Source of the DNA: an uncultured Flavobacteriales bacterium
Lineage (GTDB): Bacteria > Bacteroidota > Bacteroidia > AKYH767-A > 2013-40CM-41-45
Direction: 5' to 3'
Assembly: GCA_964595205.1 (NCBI GenBank)
Contig: CAZQOQ010000015.1
Location: forward strand, 281,765 to 345,764
DNA: 64,000 bases
The number at the start of each line of letters is the position of its first letter. Within the stretch, counting starts at the first letter, position 1. A program made the translations under genes and the position numbers. The notes under the pieces are model-generated. The model made no database searches and had not been told where the DNA came from. It worked only from the letters and a program-made list of their open reading frames with translations. Below are positions 28,696 through 38,743 of the stretch, in pieces.

Positions 28696-30639
28696 TTACC
28701 GGATGATGTCGTCGTTTTCCTCTTCAGGGATTGTATCGGAAGGCAGCACCATTTCCCTGGCAGGACCCACGAGTGTAACATGAGGTTGTAAATTGTCGTG
28801 CTCTTCCTGTGTAATCAGACTCTTCTTTAGCATGAAATCGGACACGATGCGATAATAATCAGAGATGTATGGTTTTAAATTTCCCAACGTATCGAAGCTG
28901 TACTTAAACCATTTCGGATGCGGCAGCAGGCTTGCCAGGAAGATGGATTCAGGCAGGTTTAAGTCAGAGGGTCGTTTTTTAAAATAAAAATCCGAAGCCT
29001 CACCTATCCCGTACACATCGGGTCCTAATTCAATGATGTTCATGTACACCTCAAGCATTCTGTCTTTTGAATATAGCCGGTTACTCTCGATGAGCCATAC
29101 GAGCAGTGCCTCTTCGGCCTTGCGTGCCACTGTCTTCTTCCTGTTCAGGAAGACATTTTTAACCAGTTGCATGCTAATGGTGCTCCCTCCTCTGACGAAC
29201 TTGCCGGCTTTGAAATTCGTGATGATGGATTTTCGAAAGGCGTCTTCGTTGAAGCCATTGTGAAAATAAAAGTTGCCATCTTCCGAAGTCATAACTGCAT
29301 TTACAAAATACGGAGAGATATTGGCAAGGGGCGTGTAATAGACATTCGCCGGGCCCACAAAAAACGATCTCACCAGGCGGTCACGCTCGAAAACAAAATG
29401 AACGAACTCATCATTCATTTTCATGAGATCAGAAGTGCCGTAATTCCTGATTCTGAATTTTTCTTTTTTCATCGACGACTGAAAAATAAGGCTGTCGGGT
29501 TCCGAGGTGTTGATTTTAAAGTTGAGTGAATACTGCAGTGTGCCGCTGGCTTTAATATCTCTCACTTCATCGAACATTCCAGCAGGCAGCGATGAAAAAA
29601 AGTCGTTCGCATTCGTTGTGCCTGTTATAATTCGCAATGAAAATTCTTTTTGGTCAGCATTATCCTTCGAATACCGGAGGTATGGATTGATGACAATATT
29701 TGTGAGTGAAGCCTTCGAGCTGCTGTCGATTTCCATGAATGTGCTGCCTGCATTGAAGGCAATTTCGAAAGATGCACTCTTCACCCGGACCGTATCTTCA
29801 GAAATTTTCTTATGATATGCTCTGAGATTATTGATGCGGAAATCTCCCAATGCCTTTAGGTTTCCATGCGTCCATTTATAGCCATTCAAAGAGAGATGTA
29901 TGGTATCGAATCCGAGAGTCAAGCCGGTGAGTTCCGCAAGGAGCGGAATGGCGGCAGTGCCCCCGGAAAGTGGAAATACATTTAACTGTAGTGAATGCCT
30001 CACCTGGGAAAATTTACCTTCCCATTCCCAGGTTGTTTTCTTTTTTACATCTTCGGCAAAACCTTTCAGTGAATTTTCATCCGAATGGAATTCGCTCATA
30101 TAAATACTTCGTTCGAGTGTATCATTCCGGTATGTCAGATAAACATCATGAATATTAGCCCTTTGAGGCGCCAGGTTAAATGCTTTGTCAAGCACCCTGC
30201 GAAACATAACAGCATAGTTCGTTCCCTTTCCCGGCCTGATATTTCCGGCTGTGGATTTCGCTGAAATAAATCCCGAATAATTACAAACATTGTCGCGGCA
30301 GGAGATGGTGCAAAAAACGCGGGACGAAAAAATTTCATTTATTCTGACAGTGCCAACCAATAAGGGCCATAGGGAAATGGTTATGTTTACCGAGTCGGCC
30401 CTGATCAGAGTATCACCGGCCGACGGAAGCAGGATCAAATCTTTCATGGTCACGGTTGATATGCCTTTAAAAGAAGATTCTCCAATCGTAAGAACGGCAC
30501 CTGTGCGTTGCTTTAATACCTGCGAAGTCTTCTTTATTCCCCAATGCAACAAAGGATTTCTGACGATAAAGAAAAGTGCGAGTAAACTAAAGAAGACGAT
30601 CAGCAGACGGGAAAGTACCTTTTTATGGACTGGCTTCAT
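28696..30639 (-). CDS. membrane-anchored protein with large N-terminal domain of unknown function and C-terminal GT51 peptidoglycan glycosyltransferase domain (MtgA-like)
   Basis: N-terminal TM (LSRLLIVFFSLLALFFIV). The C-terminal 190 aa carry GT51 motifs 'AVMTSEDGNFYFHNGF', 'GGSTISMQLVKNVF', 'RKAEEALLVWLIESN...SKDRMLEVYMN'. No transpeptidase domain. Confidence 0.7.
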   Translation of the reverse strand: MKPVHKKVLSRLLIVFFSLLALFFIVRNPLLHWGIKKTSQVLKQRTGAVLTIGESSFKGISTVTMKDLILLPSAGDTLIRADSVNITISLWPLLVGTVRINEIFSSRVFCTISCRDNVCNYSGFISAKSTAGNIRPGKGTNYAVMFRRVLDKAFNLAPQRANIHDVYLTYRNDTLERSIYMSEFHSDENSLKGFAEDVKKKTTWEWEGKFSQVRHSLQLNVFPLSGGTAAIPLLAELTGLTLGFDTIHLSLNGYKWTHGNLKALGDFRINNLRAYHKKISEDTVRVKSASFEIAFNAGSTFMEIDSSSKASLTNIVINPYLRYSKDNADQKEFSLRIITGTTNANDFFSSLPAGMFDEVRDIKASGTLQYSLNFKINTSEPDSLIFQSSMKKEKFRIRNYGTSDLMKMNDEFVHFVFERDRLVRSFFVGPANVYYTPLANISPYFVNAVMTSEDGNFYFHNGFNEDAFRKSIITNFKAGKFVRGGSTISMQLVKNVFLNRKKTVARKAEEALLVWLIESNRLYSKDRMLEVYMNIIELGPDVYGIGEASDFYFKKRPSDLNLPESIFLASLLPHPKWFKYSFDTLGNLKPYISDYYRIVSDFMLKKSLITQEEHDNLQPHVTLVGPAREMVLPSDTIPEEENDDIIR

Positions 30640-30780
30640 GGGAAAATTTCAAGCCCAATTTGCTTAATCTTTCCTTACCTATCAAATTCTATTTCATACA
30701 CATTGAATCGTTGATAATTATGATGATTCGGGCATTGGTTTAAAAACGAACTTATGTAATTTGCATTACATTCCCATAAA

Positions 30781-32022
30781 ATGATATTAATTGTGAAGGG
30801 TAAAGGACTGATAATCTTTTTTTTGCTGGTGCTGATTGCAGGACTTGAAAAGAGCACATTGGCGCAGGAACATAAAATTCCCCTTAGCAAACCGGAGAAC
30901 CTGGAGATCATGGAAAATATCCGAAGCAGGACAAATGACCTGGTAGGAAAAAACATGAACAGGTTTGCATACGAGAAACTGGTACGATATAACCATACGC
31001 TGGATTCTCTTTACAGGATTGAGAAGGGAGATTCATTGAAGCGAATTGAAGCAATTTATCTTGCAAAGACCGCAGCTTTAAGGTCGCAGCTCGATTCATT
31101 GAACAGGCAGATAAATGAAAATTCAGGCAGGAAAGCAGAACTCGATACAAGGTATTGGGGACTTGTGAAAAAGGCCGTATTGTCATTTGCCTTGTGGCTG
31201 ATCATTATAATTATTTTGCTTCAGATCAGGAAGAGAAAACTGAAGCAGGCGAAGTCGCGGTTCGAGACCACTAAGATTCAATTGGAATCACTTGAAAAAT
31301 CCGCTTCCTATTCCGATGTTCTGGTTGAGCATTTCAAAAATATCCGGGAGCCCATCAGTGGTTTGAGCAAGGAAGTATCCAAAGTCAATGATATAATTTC
31401 AGACAAGGATAAAAACCCGGTCGTCTCTCCGGAATGGGCTGAGACCGTAAAGAAATCAGAGCAGCTGAAAAAGTCTGTTCAACTTGAAGAGAATATTGTT
31501 GAGGATGTAATTGCACAGATTGAGGGACCCGGCGAAGAAAAAGTGAGCACTAACATCAACGATCTGTGTGAGCAGTATGTGGAAATTGCAAGACGAGGTT
31601 TCTGCACCGATGTAGAATTCAATTGTCAGATCACTAAAGATTTTGAAAAACGCCTTCCGGAACTGAAAATCAATCCTGCTGCCATTGGCTCTTTATTATT
31701 GAATATACTGACGAATGCATTGCAGTCGGTAAATGATCAAAACAGTAAGGGACAAAAAGGTTATCAGCCCAAAGTTGCAATCAGTACGCGCATCCTGCCA
31801 AGATTTTTACAGATCAGGATCAGGGACAACGGGACAGGGATGAATGAGCAGATTCTCTCGCAAGCAACGAATGAATTTTTTTCCACAAGGCCATTAAGTG
31901 ATGGCACCGGACTGGGATTATTTTTTGCCAATGGAATCATAAACGAAATGCATAAGGGCGAGATTAAAATAGAAAGTGAACAGGGAGCCAGTACGGATGT
32001 ATATATCAAATTCTTTATTTAA
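30781..32022 (+). CDS. sensor histidine kinase (signal peptide/extracytoplasmic helical domain, TM, coiled coil, HATPase_c)
   Basis: H-box-like 'HFKNIREPISGL', N-box 'LLNILTNALQSV', G1 'IRDNGTGM', G2 'DGTGLGLFFANGI'. TM 'AVLSFALWLIIIIILL'. Confidence 0.75.
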   Translation: MILIVKGKGLIIFFLLVLIAGLEKSTLAQEHKIPLSKPENLEIMENIRSRTNDLVGKNMNRFAYEKLVRYNHTLDSLYRIEKGDSLKRIEAIYLAKTAALRSQLDSLNRQINENSGRKAELDTRYWGLVKKAVLSFALWLIIIIILLQIRKRKLKQAKSRFETTKIQLESLEKSASYSDVLVEHFKNIREPISGLSKEVSKVNDIISDKDKNPVVSPEWAETVKKSEQLKKSVQLEENIVEDVIAQIEGPGEEKVSTNINDLCEQYVEIARRGFCTDVEFNCQITKDFEKRLPELKINPAAIGSLLLNILTNALQSVNDQNSKGQKGYQPKVAISTRILPRFLQIRIRDNGTGMNEQILSQATNEFFSTRPLSDGTGLGLFFANGIINEMHKGEIKIESEQGASTDVYIKFFI

Positions 32023-32807
32023 TGAAAGGAATACTTGCAACAGTCTTTTTCGGGTTCGTTTACTGCATCGCTTTTTCCCAGAGCAACGATGAGTTGATGT
32101 CCATTAACAGAAAGGCAAAGGTGATTTTTGTAAAGCCGGAAACGCTTGATAAATTACTGATCGACCTTCGGAAATTTGAAGACCCCATCAATCACAGCCA
32201 GGATTCATTGATTCTTGATACGTATGATGCGATTGCTACGGGATATATGGCAAACAATCACTTCAAGAGAGCTTATGAAATTTATAACAAGCTGCTGACA
32301 AGAAAAGAAGAGATGCTTTCTGAAGACAGGATTGTTTCTATTAAGGCTGCAAATAATACCTATGAAAGCAGGCAACAGGTAGATGAAAAAAGGGTAATGG
32401 AATTGCAGGACAGCTTAAATACAATTACGAGCGACAACGAGAGCCTGTTAAGCGGTCGAGAGTCTTTTAAGAGAAATTTTTCTTTTCTATTGATTTTTCT
32501 AACCGCTATTTTTGCCGTAATGCTTGTTACCGCGGGCATACAGATGATGAACATACGATCTGCGCTTCAGAAAAACAGGGAAAGGATTAAAAGCATTCAC
32601 AGGGTTTCACTAATAGGAAAATATGGTAATGGCTTAATGGTTTCGCTGACGTCTTCATTAATGAGAATAAGTGAACTGATTAAGGACCTTCAGCAGCAAC
32701 TGAAAAAACATGATCAGGGAATTGCTTCAGTGAAACAGGCTAACCAGTCATTGACAGCGGCAGACAAGTATTTAAAGGAAACAATGATTAAATCAGAATC
32801 AAAATAA
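32022..32807 (+). CDS. kinase-less paralogue of the sensor module of the upstream histidine kinase (signal peptide, ~150-aa extracytoplasmic helical domain, TM, coiled-coil tail)
   Basis: Same architecture up to the TM (NFSFLLIFLTAIFAVMLVTAG) and a coiled-coil region, but the ORF ends before any HisKA/HATPase. ATG overlaps the stop of the kinase. Confidence 0.45.
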   Translation: MKGILATVFFGFVYCIAFSQSNDELMSINRKAKVIFVKPETLDKLLIDLRKFEDPINHSQDSLILDTYDAIATGYMANNHFKRAYEIYNKLLTRKEEMLSEDRIVSIKAANNTYESRQQVDEKRVMELQDSLNTITSDNESLLSGRESFKRNFSFLLIFLTAIFAVMLVTAGIQMMNIRSALQKNRERIKSIHRVSLIGKYGNGLMVSLTSSLMRISELIKDLQQQLKKHDQGIASVKQANQSLTAADKYLKETMIKSESK

Positions 32808-32809
32808 TT

Positions 32810-33448
32810 ATGAGGAAAATTTTAATATGTATGTTACTGACGACGGGTACATTGTTATTTGTTTCCGGAATTGAGACGAACTCACCCGGGGTGCAAACAG
32901 AATATCCGATTCATAAGTCAAAGAGATCATTCATAAAAAAAGCCGGGCGAAAGTACCTGAAGAATCAACCGGGTCAGAGCAACATAGATCCGGTTTCAAA
33001 CAAGGATGCAGAAAATTTAATGCGATCCGGGATTCAAAAGGATTCTTCGGGTGATTATAAGGGCGCGATCATGGATTTCAACAATGCATTGAAACTATAT
33101 CAGAATAGTCCGGAGGCATCTTATTACATCGGGCTAATGAAATTCCAGATGGAAGATTATGCCAATTCTGTTATCGATTTTGACAGGGCTATTTCCGGTG
33201 ATTCGCAGAGTGTCGAATTGTTTTTTGTAAGAGGTAATGCTTATTACGAATTAAAGGAATTTAAAAATGCCATCGGAGATTACACCAGGGCGCTCGCTTT
33301 GAATCCGGAAGATAAGGACGTTTATTACAACCGTGCGCTTGCTAATTTTTATTCAGGCAATACTGATGCAGCCTGTAAGGACATGGAGATGGCGCTGAAG
33401 TACAGGGATACGGATGCGCCTGTGTTTTGGGGGGAAAGATGCAGGTAA
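32810..33448 (+). CDS. tetratricopeptide-repeat (TPR) protein with signal peptide
   Basis: Three or four TPR units (AIMDFNNALKLYQNSPEASYYIGL..., FFVRGNAYYELKEFKNAIGDYTRALALNPED, VYYNRALANFYSGNTDAACKDMEMAL). Confidence 0.7.
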   Translation: MRKILICMLLTTGTLLFVSGIETNSPGVQTEYPIHKSKRSFIKKAGRKYLKNQPGQSNIDPVSNKDAENLMRSGIQKDSSGDYKGAIMDFNNALKLYQNSPEASYYIGLMKFQMEDYANSVIDFDRAISGDSQSVELFFVRGNAYYELKEFKNAIGDYTRALALNPEDKDVYYNRALANFYSGNTDAACKDMEMALKYRDTDAPVFWGERCR

Positions 33449-33468
33449 AGTTGATTGCGGAATGAATT

Positions 33469-34698
33469 TCAATATTCCGAAATAGTTTTTTTAATTATTC
33501 CGATGCATTCTCTCAATTGAGATTCGCTGATGATCAATGGCGGCGCAAAACGTATGATGTCGCCATGAGTGGGTTTCGCTAAAAGTCCGTTTTCCTTGAG
33601 GGCCAGGCAAACGTCCCATGCATCCTTTCCGTTTTTAGGCTTTATCACCATTGCACAGAAAAGTCCTTTACCCCTGACGAGCGAAATATGATCGTGTTTT
33701 ATGCTCTTTAATTCCGAAAGCAAAATTTTTCCCAGCTGATAAGCATTTTCAGAAAGTCTTTCATCAACGATTACACTCAATGCGGCTATAGCCACCCTTG
33801 CAGCAAGCGGATTTCCGCCATAGGTGCTGCCGTGTTGCCCGGGTTTAATGTAAAGCATGATTTCGTCGCTGGCAAGAACCGCTGAGACAGGAAGGAGTCC
33901 GCCGGATAAAGCTTTTCCAAGTATGAGAATGTCTGCATGAACGTTTTCATGATCGCAGGCAAGCATTTTTCCGGTACGTCCGAGACCGGACTGAATTTCA
34001 TCGGCGATAAAGAGCACATTATTCTTACGGCAGAGTTCAAAAGCGGCGGATAAATATCCATCATCGGGAACGATTACGCCGGCTTCACCCTGTATGGGTT
34101 CGACTAAAAATCCGGCGACGAGTTCATCGCTGAGAGCCTTTTCGAGAGCGGGTAAATTATTATAGGGAATTTTTATGAAACCAGGTGTGAAGGGACCGAA
34201 GCGGCCATAGGAATCAGGATCCGTGGACGCAGAGATAACGGTGATGGTTCTGCCATGAAAATTGCCTTCACATACAATAATCTTTGCCTGGTTGTCAGGA
34301 ATCCCTTTTTTCTCATAGGCCCATCTGCGGGCAAGTTTAATGGCGGTCTCCACTCCTTCCGCACCTGTATTCATCGGCAGCACTTTATCGTATCCGAAAA
34401 TAGCTGTAATGAATTTTTCATATTCACCCAGACAATTATTATAAAAAGCGCGTGAGGTCAGAGACAGTTTTTTTACCTGGTCAATGAGAGCTTCTATAAT
34501 TTTCGGGTGATTATGTCCCTGGTTTAATGCGGAATATGCGGAGAGAAAATCGAAATATTTTTTGCCTTCAACATCCCATACAAAAACACCTTCTCCCCTT
34601 TCGATGACGACAGGAATGGGGTGATAATTGTGAGCACCATACTGATTTTCCAGGTCGATGGCGGCATCGGTAAGTGATTTGATGGTAGTGGATTTCAT
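33469..34698 (-). CDS. rocD: ornithine aminotransferase (class III PLP aminotransferase)
   Basis: '[48 protein letters not shown]' is near-identical in pattern to the eukaryotic/bacterial OAT signature. PLP-Lys region 'ILGKALSGG'. Confidence 0.85.
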   Translation of the reverse strand: MKSTTIKSLTDAAIDLENQYGAHNYHPIPVVIERGEGVFVWDVEGKKYFDFLSAYSALNQGHNHPKIIEALIDQVKKLSLTSRAFYNNCLGEYEKFITAIFGYDKVLPMNTGAEGVETAIKLARRWAYEKKGIPDNQAKIIVCEGNFHGRTITVISASTDPDSYGRFGPFTPGFIKIPYNNLPALEKALSDELVAGFLVEPIQGEAGVIVPDDGYLSAAFELCRKNNVLFIADEIQSGLGRTGKMLACDHENVHADILILGKALSGGLLPVSAVLASDEIMLYIKPGQHGSTYGGNPLAARVAIAALSVIVDERLSENAYQLGKILLSELKSIKHDHISLVRGKGLFCAMVIKPKNGKDAWDVCLALKENGLLAKPTHGDIIRFAPPLIISESQLRECIGIIKKTISEY

Positions 34699-34858
34699 AG
34701 CGGGTAAAGGTAGGGAATTAAGTCAGAAGTGAAAAGGCAAATCCGGTAGAGAAAATGCTGAAGACAATTGTGTGAAGCTGCAGGTAATGATACGATTGTT
34801 AGTATTGTTGAATTCAGCCTGTCAAGATTTAAGGTAACAAATCAGTACATTCGCACTT

Positions 34859-36256
34859 ATGGTACAGAAGGGAATCACATTAGAGAATATTGCGGTTACG
34901 GGTATTGGTACAGAGGGAAAGGCAGTCGGGCGCCACGACAATTTCGTGATTTTTATTGAAGATGCAGTTCCCGGCGATGTGGCTGATGTTTTCATTCATC
35001 GTAAAAAGAAGAATTTTGCAGAGGGCAGGGTAATTAATTTAAAAGAACGATCGAAGCACAGAGTCGATCCTTTTTGTAATCATTTCGGAATTTGCGGCGG
35101 ATGCAAATGGCAGCATCTTAGCTATGAAAAGCAGCTTGAATTTAAACAGAATGTCGTCAGGGATGCACTTGAGAGGATTGGCAGACTCGAACTCCCTGAG
35201 ATCTTTCCAATCCTGGCTTCTGCCAAAACGAAGTTTTACAGGAATAAGATGGAATACACTTTTTCAAACAGGCGATGGCTCGAGAAGACGGAATTCAACG
35301 GAGGAGAGAAAACCGATTTTCCGGCATTGGGCTTTCATGTGCCCATGCGTTTCGATAAGATCCTGGATATACAGAAATGTTACCTGCAGGATGATGTGGG
35401 AAACAACATTCGTCTTGAGACGAGAAACTTCTGCATTGAAAACAACATGCCCTTCTTCGATCTGCAATCCCAGGAAGGTTTAATGAGGAACCTGATCATT
35501 CGCAATTCTTCAATTGGCGAATGGATGGTGATTGCGGTATTTTTCAGGGATGACATCGAATCAATAAACAAGTTATTGAATCACCTGAAGTCGGAATTTC
35601 CGTTTATCACTTCCCTGCTTTACATAGTCAACAGCAAGAAAAATGATACGATTTATGATCAGGATGTAAGAGTTTTTCACGGGCGGGAATTCATCGTTGA
35701 AAAGATGGAAGGATTATCGTACAGGATCAGTGCTAAGTCATTTTACCAGACGAATTCTTACCAGGCCCATGAACTCTACAGGATTGCAAGGGAATTTGCC
35801 GGGCTCACGGGCACTGAAATCGTTTATGATTTATATACCGGGACCGGGACCATTGCTTCATTTATTTCCGCTCATGCCCGACAGGTGATTGGCATCGATT
35901 ATATTGAAGACGCCATCCTTGATGCGAGACAGAATGCAATCGACAATAATATCAGGAATGTTTTTTTCCACGCGGGCGACATCAGGGATACGCTGAGCGA
36001 AGAATTCATAAATAAAAATGGCAGTCCCGACGTTATTATCACCGATCCGCCGCGGGCAGGAATGCATGAAGATGTGGTACGGTCAATAGTAAAGGCCGGG
36101 CCGGGCCGGATCGTTTATGTGAGCTGCAATCCTTCGACACAGGCACGTGACCTGCAACTTCTGAGCGATGATTATCGTATTGAAAAAATACAGCCGGTAG
36201 ATATGTTCCCTCACACTTCACATGTTGAAAACGTGGTTTTACTGGTTAAAAAATAA
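34859..36256 (+). CDS. rlmD: 23S rRNA (uracil-C5)-methyltransferase RlmD/RumA (TRAM + Fe-S + SAM MTase)
   Basis: TRAM N-terminus, Cys cluster 'CNHFGICGGCKWQHL', MTase motifs 'DLYTGTGTIASF', 'ITDPPRAGM', 'YVSCNP'. Confidence 0.85.
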   Translation: MVQKGITLENIAVTGIGTEGKAVGRHDNFVIFIEDAVPGDVADVFIHRKKKNFAEGRVINLKERSKHRVDPFCNHFGICGGCKWQHLSYEKQLEFKQNVVRDALERIGRLELPEIFPILASAKTKFYRNKMEYTFSNRRWLEKTEFNGGEKTDFPALGFHVPMRFDKILDIQKCYLQDDVGNNIRLETRNFCIENNMPFFDLQSQEGLMRNLIIRNSSIGEWMVIAVFFRDDIESINKLLNHLKSEFPFITSLLYIVNSKKNDTIYDQDVRVFHGREFIVEKMEGLSYRISAKSFYQTNSYQAHELYRIAREFAGLTGTEIVYDLYTGTGTIASFISAHARQVIGIDYIEDAILDARQNAIDNNIRNVFFHAGDIRDTLSEEFINKNGSPDVIITDPPRAGMHEDVVRSIVKAGPGRIVYVSCNPSTQARDLQLLSDDYRIEKIQPVDMFPHTSHVENVVLLVKK

Positions 36257-36805
36257 ATGAAAATGAGAAAGTCGAATTTTCTTTTCTTTATTTCTTTAGT
36301 CATCTTCCTGAATATAAAATGCCTGGGCCGCGGCACCGACACTCTTTCGGAGAGCGCCTCCGCAGATCCGGCACAGGAACAACTGCAATTGTGTTTTATC
36401 TACTCCAACCTTCTTGGCTTCAACATCGATCATGTTGATAATCCCCGATTGTACGAAGGTGTGAATGAGTGGCTCGGTACTCCATACAGGTACAGCGGCA
36501 ACACAAGGAAGGGCGTGGATTGTTCGGGGCTGGTGTGTGAATTGTACAAGGACTGCTACGGGAAGGTATTGACCGGATGTGCGAGTGACATGTATAAGAA
36601 TTCCGAACAGATCAGCCGGTCGGAGCTTCGGGAGGGCGACCTGGTATTTTTTAAAATCAGGAAAAAACGTATTTCACATGTAGGCGTCTATCTCGGTCAA
36701 AACAGATTTGTTCATGCAAGTTTGCAAAACGGCGTAATAGTGAGTAACCTTGACGATCCTTATTATGAAAAGTATTTTTACAGGGCAGGGAGAATTAAGC
36801 CCTGA
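36257..36805 (+). CDS. NlpC/P60 (C40) cell-wall peptidase
   Basis: Signal peptide plus catalytic 'GVDCSGLVCELYK' (Cys) and 'SHVGVYLG' (His). Confidence 0.8.
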   Translation: MKMRKSNFLFFISLVIFLNIKCLGRGTDTLSESASADPAQEQLQLCFIYSNLLGFNIDHVDNPRLYEGVNEWLGTPYRYSGNTRKGVDCSGLVCELYKDCYGKVLTGCASDMYKNSEQISRSELREGDLVFFKIRKKRISHVGVYLGQNRFVHASLQNGVIVSNLDDPYYEKYFYRAGRIKP

Positions 36806-36817
36806 ACCATTCAACTC

Positions 36818-37324
36818 ATGGAAGATTCACGTACACTATTATTGGACGAAAAGCAGGTGATGCGCCGCATCGACCGTTTGGCTTACCAGATCTATGAGGA
36901 TAATTCTTCGGTGAAAGAAATAATCCTTGCCGGAATCATGAAAAGCGGTTTTCAGCTATGCGAAAAAATTGCAGAGAGCCTTCGGAAAATTTCTCCACTG
37001 AAAGTCATCACTGCCGAGGTTCACATAAACAAACACAGCCAGTTGTCGAACGACATATCGCTTTCAATCAGGGAAGATCAATTGCAGGGAAAGGTTGTTA
37101 TTCTGATCGACGATGTGTTGAATTCCGGAAAGACGCTGATGTATGCATTGAAGCCATTTCTTGCTTCGGATATTAAAAAGATACGGACGGTGGTATTGAT
37201 TGACAGGAATCATAAGCGCTTCCCGGTTGCGGCTGACTTCACCGGAATCTCCCTCGCGACCACGCTCAAAGAACATGTATCGGTTGAGTTTGCAAAGGAC
37301 GGTGTTTCTGCTTGGCTAAGCTGA
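36818..37324 (+). CDS. pyrR: PyrR-like phosphoribosyltransferase (pyr operon regulator / uracil PRTase family)
   Basis: 'LLDEKQVMRRIDRLAYQI...' aligns to PyrR 'ILDEQAIRRALTRIAHEI'. PRPP motif 'VVILIDDVLNSGKT', 'RFPVAADFTG'. Confidence 0.7.
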   Translation: MEDSRTLLLDEKQVMRRIDRLAYQIYEDNSSVKEIILAGIMKSGFQLCEKIAESLRKISPLKVITAEVHINKHSQLSNDISLSIREDQLQGKVVILIDDVLNSGKTLMYALKPFLASDIKKIRTVVLIDRNHKRFPVAADFTGISLATTLKEHVSVEFAKDGVSAWLS

Positions 37325-37837
37325 TCAGCCTTTACTGAAAGCCCTGATCTTTTCTGCCAGTGATTTTGGATTCAGGCTGGCAGCATTTACGGTAATCATT
37401 GCCTTTCGGTAAACAGGAATTCTTACTGCGAGATGCCCGGTGATCTGCTCCACCAGTTCGATATCGTTCAGCTTTTCGATCAGCGGACGTCCTGCCCGGG
37501 ATGTTGCGAGACGGTGAAAGAGTAATCCTGCATTTGCCTCGAGGTAAACCGTCACACCATTTTCATTCATCCAATCCATATTGTCAAAATAACAGGGAGT
37601 TCCTCCGCCGGTGGCGACAATGATATTTTCCGATTTGGCAGTTGAACGCAAGACATCTTTTTCGATATCCCTGAAAAATTCCTGACCCTCGATTTCAAAG
37701 ACAGAGGATATTGTCTTGCCTGTTTTGTCAACGACAAGTTTATCGGTATCGGCAATTTTATAATTGAAAATTTTAGCCAGGGCCTCGGCAGTTTTGGTCT
37801 TGCCACTCCCCATATATCCTACCAGGTAGATTCTCAT
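37325..37837 (-). CDS. aroK: shikimate kinase
   Basis: 'MRIYLVGYMGSGKT' P-loop, 'IVATGGGTPCY', 170 aa. Confidence 0.85.
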   Translation of the reverse strand: MRIYLVGYMGSGKTKTAEALAKIFNYKIADTDKLVVDKTGKTISSVFEIEGQEFFRDIEKDVLRSTAKSENIIVATGGGTPCYFDNMDWMNENGVTVYLEANAGLLFHRLATSRAGRPLIEKLNDIELVEQITGHLAVRIPVYRKAMITVNAASLNPKSLAEKIRAFSKG

Positions 37838-37852
37838 AAATTTTTTGAAAAA

Positions 37853-38674
37853 TTATTCCGGCAACCTGGTATGAATAATTAACAGATTACACGGTAAATT
37901 TTTTAGAATCGATTCAATTCCATTATTGTTTGAGATCCTGTCGAATATCAGCAGATGATGATCGGAAGAATGAGTGATGATCAGGTCCATGTCGTTCTTA
38001 AAAGCATATTCGGAAATCGATGCACAGTTTTCCTTTTCGAGAGAAAAATACCTGGCGGCAGTCTTTTTCTCGTTGATGGTTGGATTGGGGTGAATGGAAT
38101 CTTCACTTTCCGGTGTATGAAAATCGTTCGAAAGTTCTTCGGACTGATCGGGCTGGTAGCCAGAGACAAACAGTACCTGCGCATTTTCTTTTTCGGCAAA
38201 ATAAAACGCAGACCGCAAAGTTGTTTCGGATTTTTTATGATCGTTGCTATTGACGACAATTTTTTTATTTGCGGCGGCTGAAGCATTTCTGATGATGAGC
38301 ACGGAACACTTTGCTTTTGTGGCGAGACCTGTAGCGATCAGACCTGCAGGCAGATTAAAATTTTCATTTTGTGATGCGCCGGCGATCAGCAAATCTGCCA
38401 CTTCATTTTTACAGACTTTAAGGATGCTGTTTACGATGTCGCCCTGTTCCCAATAGATTCTTGAATTGCCATCGTGGAAGCCGTTAGCATTGAGAATACC
38501 GGCAAGCTCTCTTTGTTTCTCGCTCGTCTTTTTGCCGACATGTATGAAAACTGTAAGGGCATTATGGAGAAGGCTCTGCCGGCGGGTTTCTGAAATCAGA
38601 AAAGGTAATCCCGGCGAGAATTCCACGGCCAATGCAATCGTTTCAAATGGTATCGGAGGCTTGCCTTTTATCAT
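37853..38674 (-). CDS. universal stress protein (tandem UspA domains)
   Basis: Two Usp-like halves ('ETIALAVEFSP...', 'DLLIAGAS...' and '...DLIITHSSDHHLL'). 273 aa. Confidence 0.65.
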   Translation of the reverse strand: MIKGKPPIPFETIALAVEFSPGLPFLISETRRQSLLHNALTVFIHVGKKTSEKQRELAGILNANGFHDGNSRIYWEQGDIVNSILKVCKNEVADLLIAGASQNENFNLPAGLIATGLATKAKCSVLIIRNASAAANKKIVVNSNDHKKSETTLRSAFYFAEKENAQVLFVSGYQPDQSEELSNDFHTPESEDSIHPNPTINEKKTAARYFSLEKENCASISEYAFKNDMDLIITHSSDHHLLIFDRISNNNGIESILKNLPCNLLIIHTRLPE

Positions 38675-38743
38675 ATGACCAAACTACGATATATCCCCCA
38701 TTAATGCAAAAATCCGCCACCCACAGGAGCAGAAAAAGGACTG

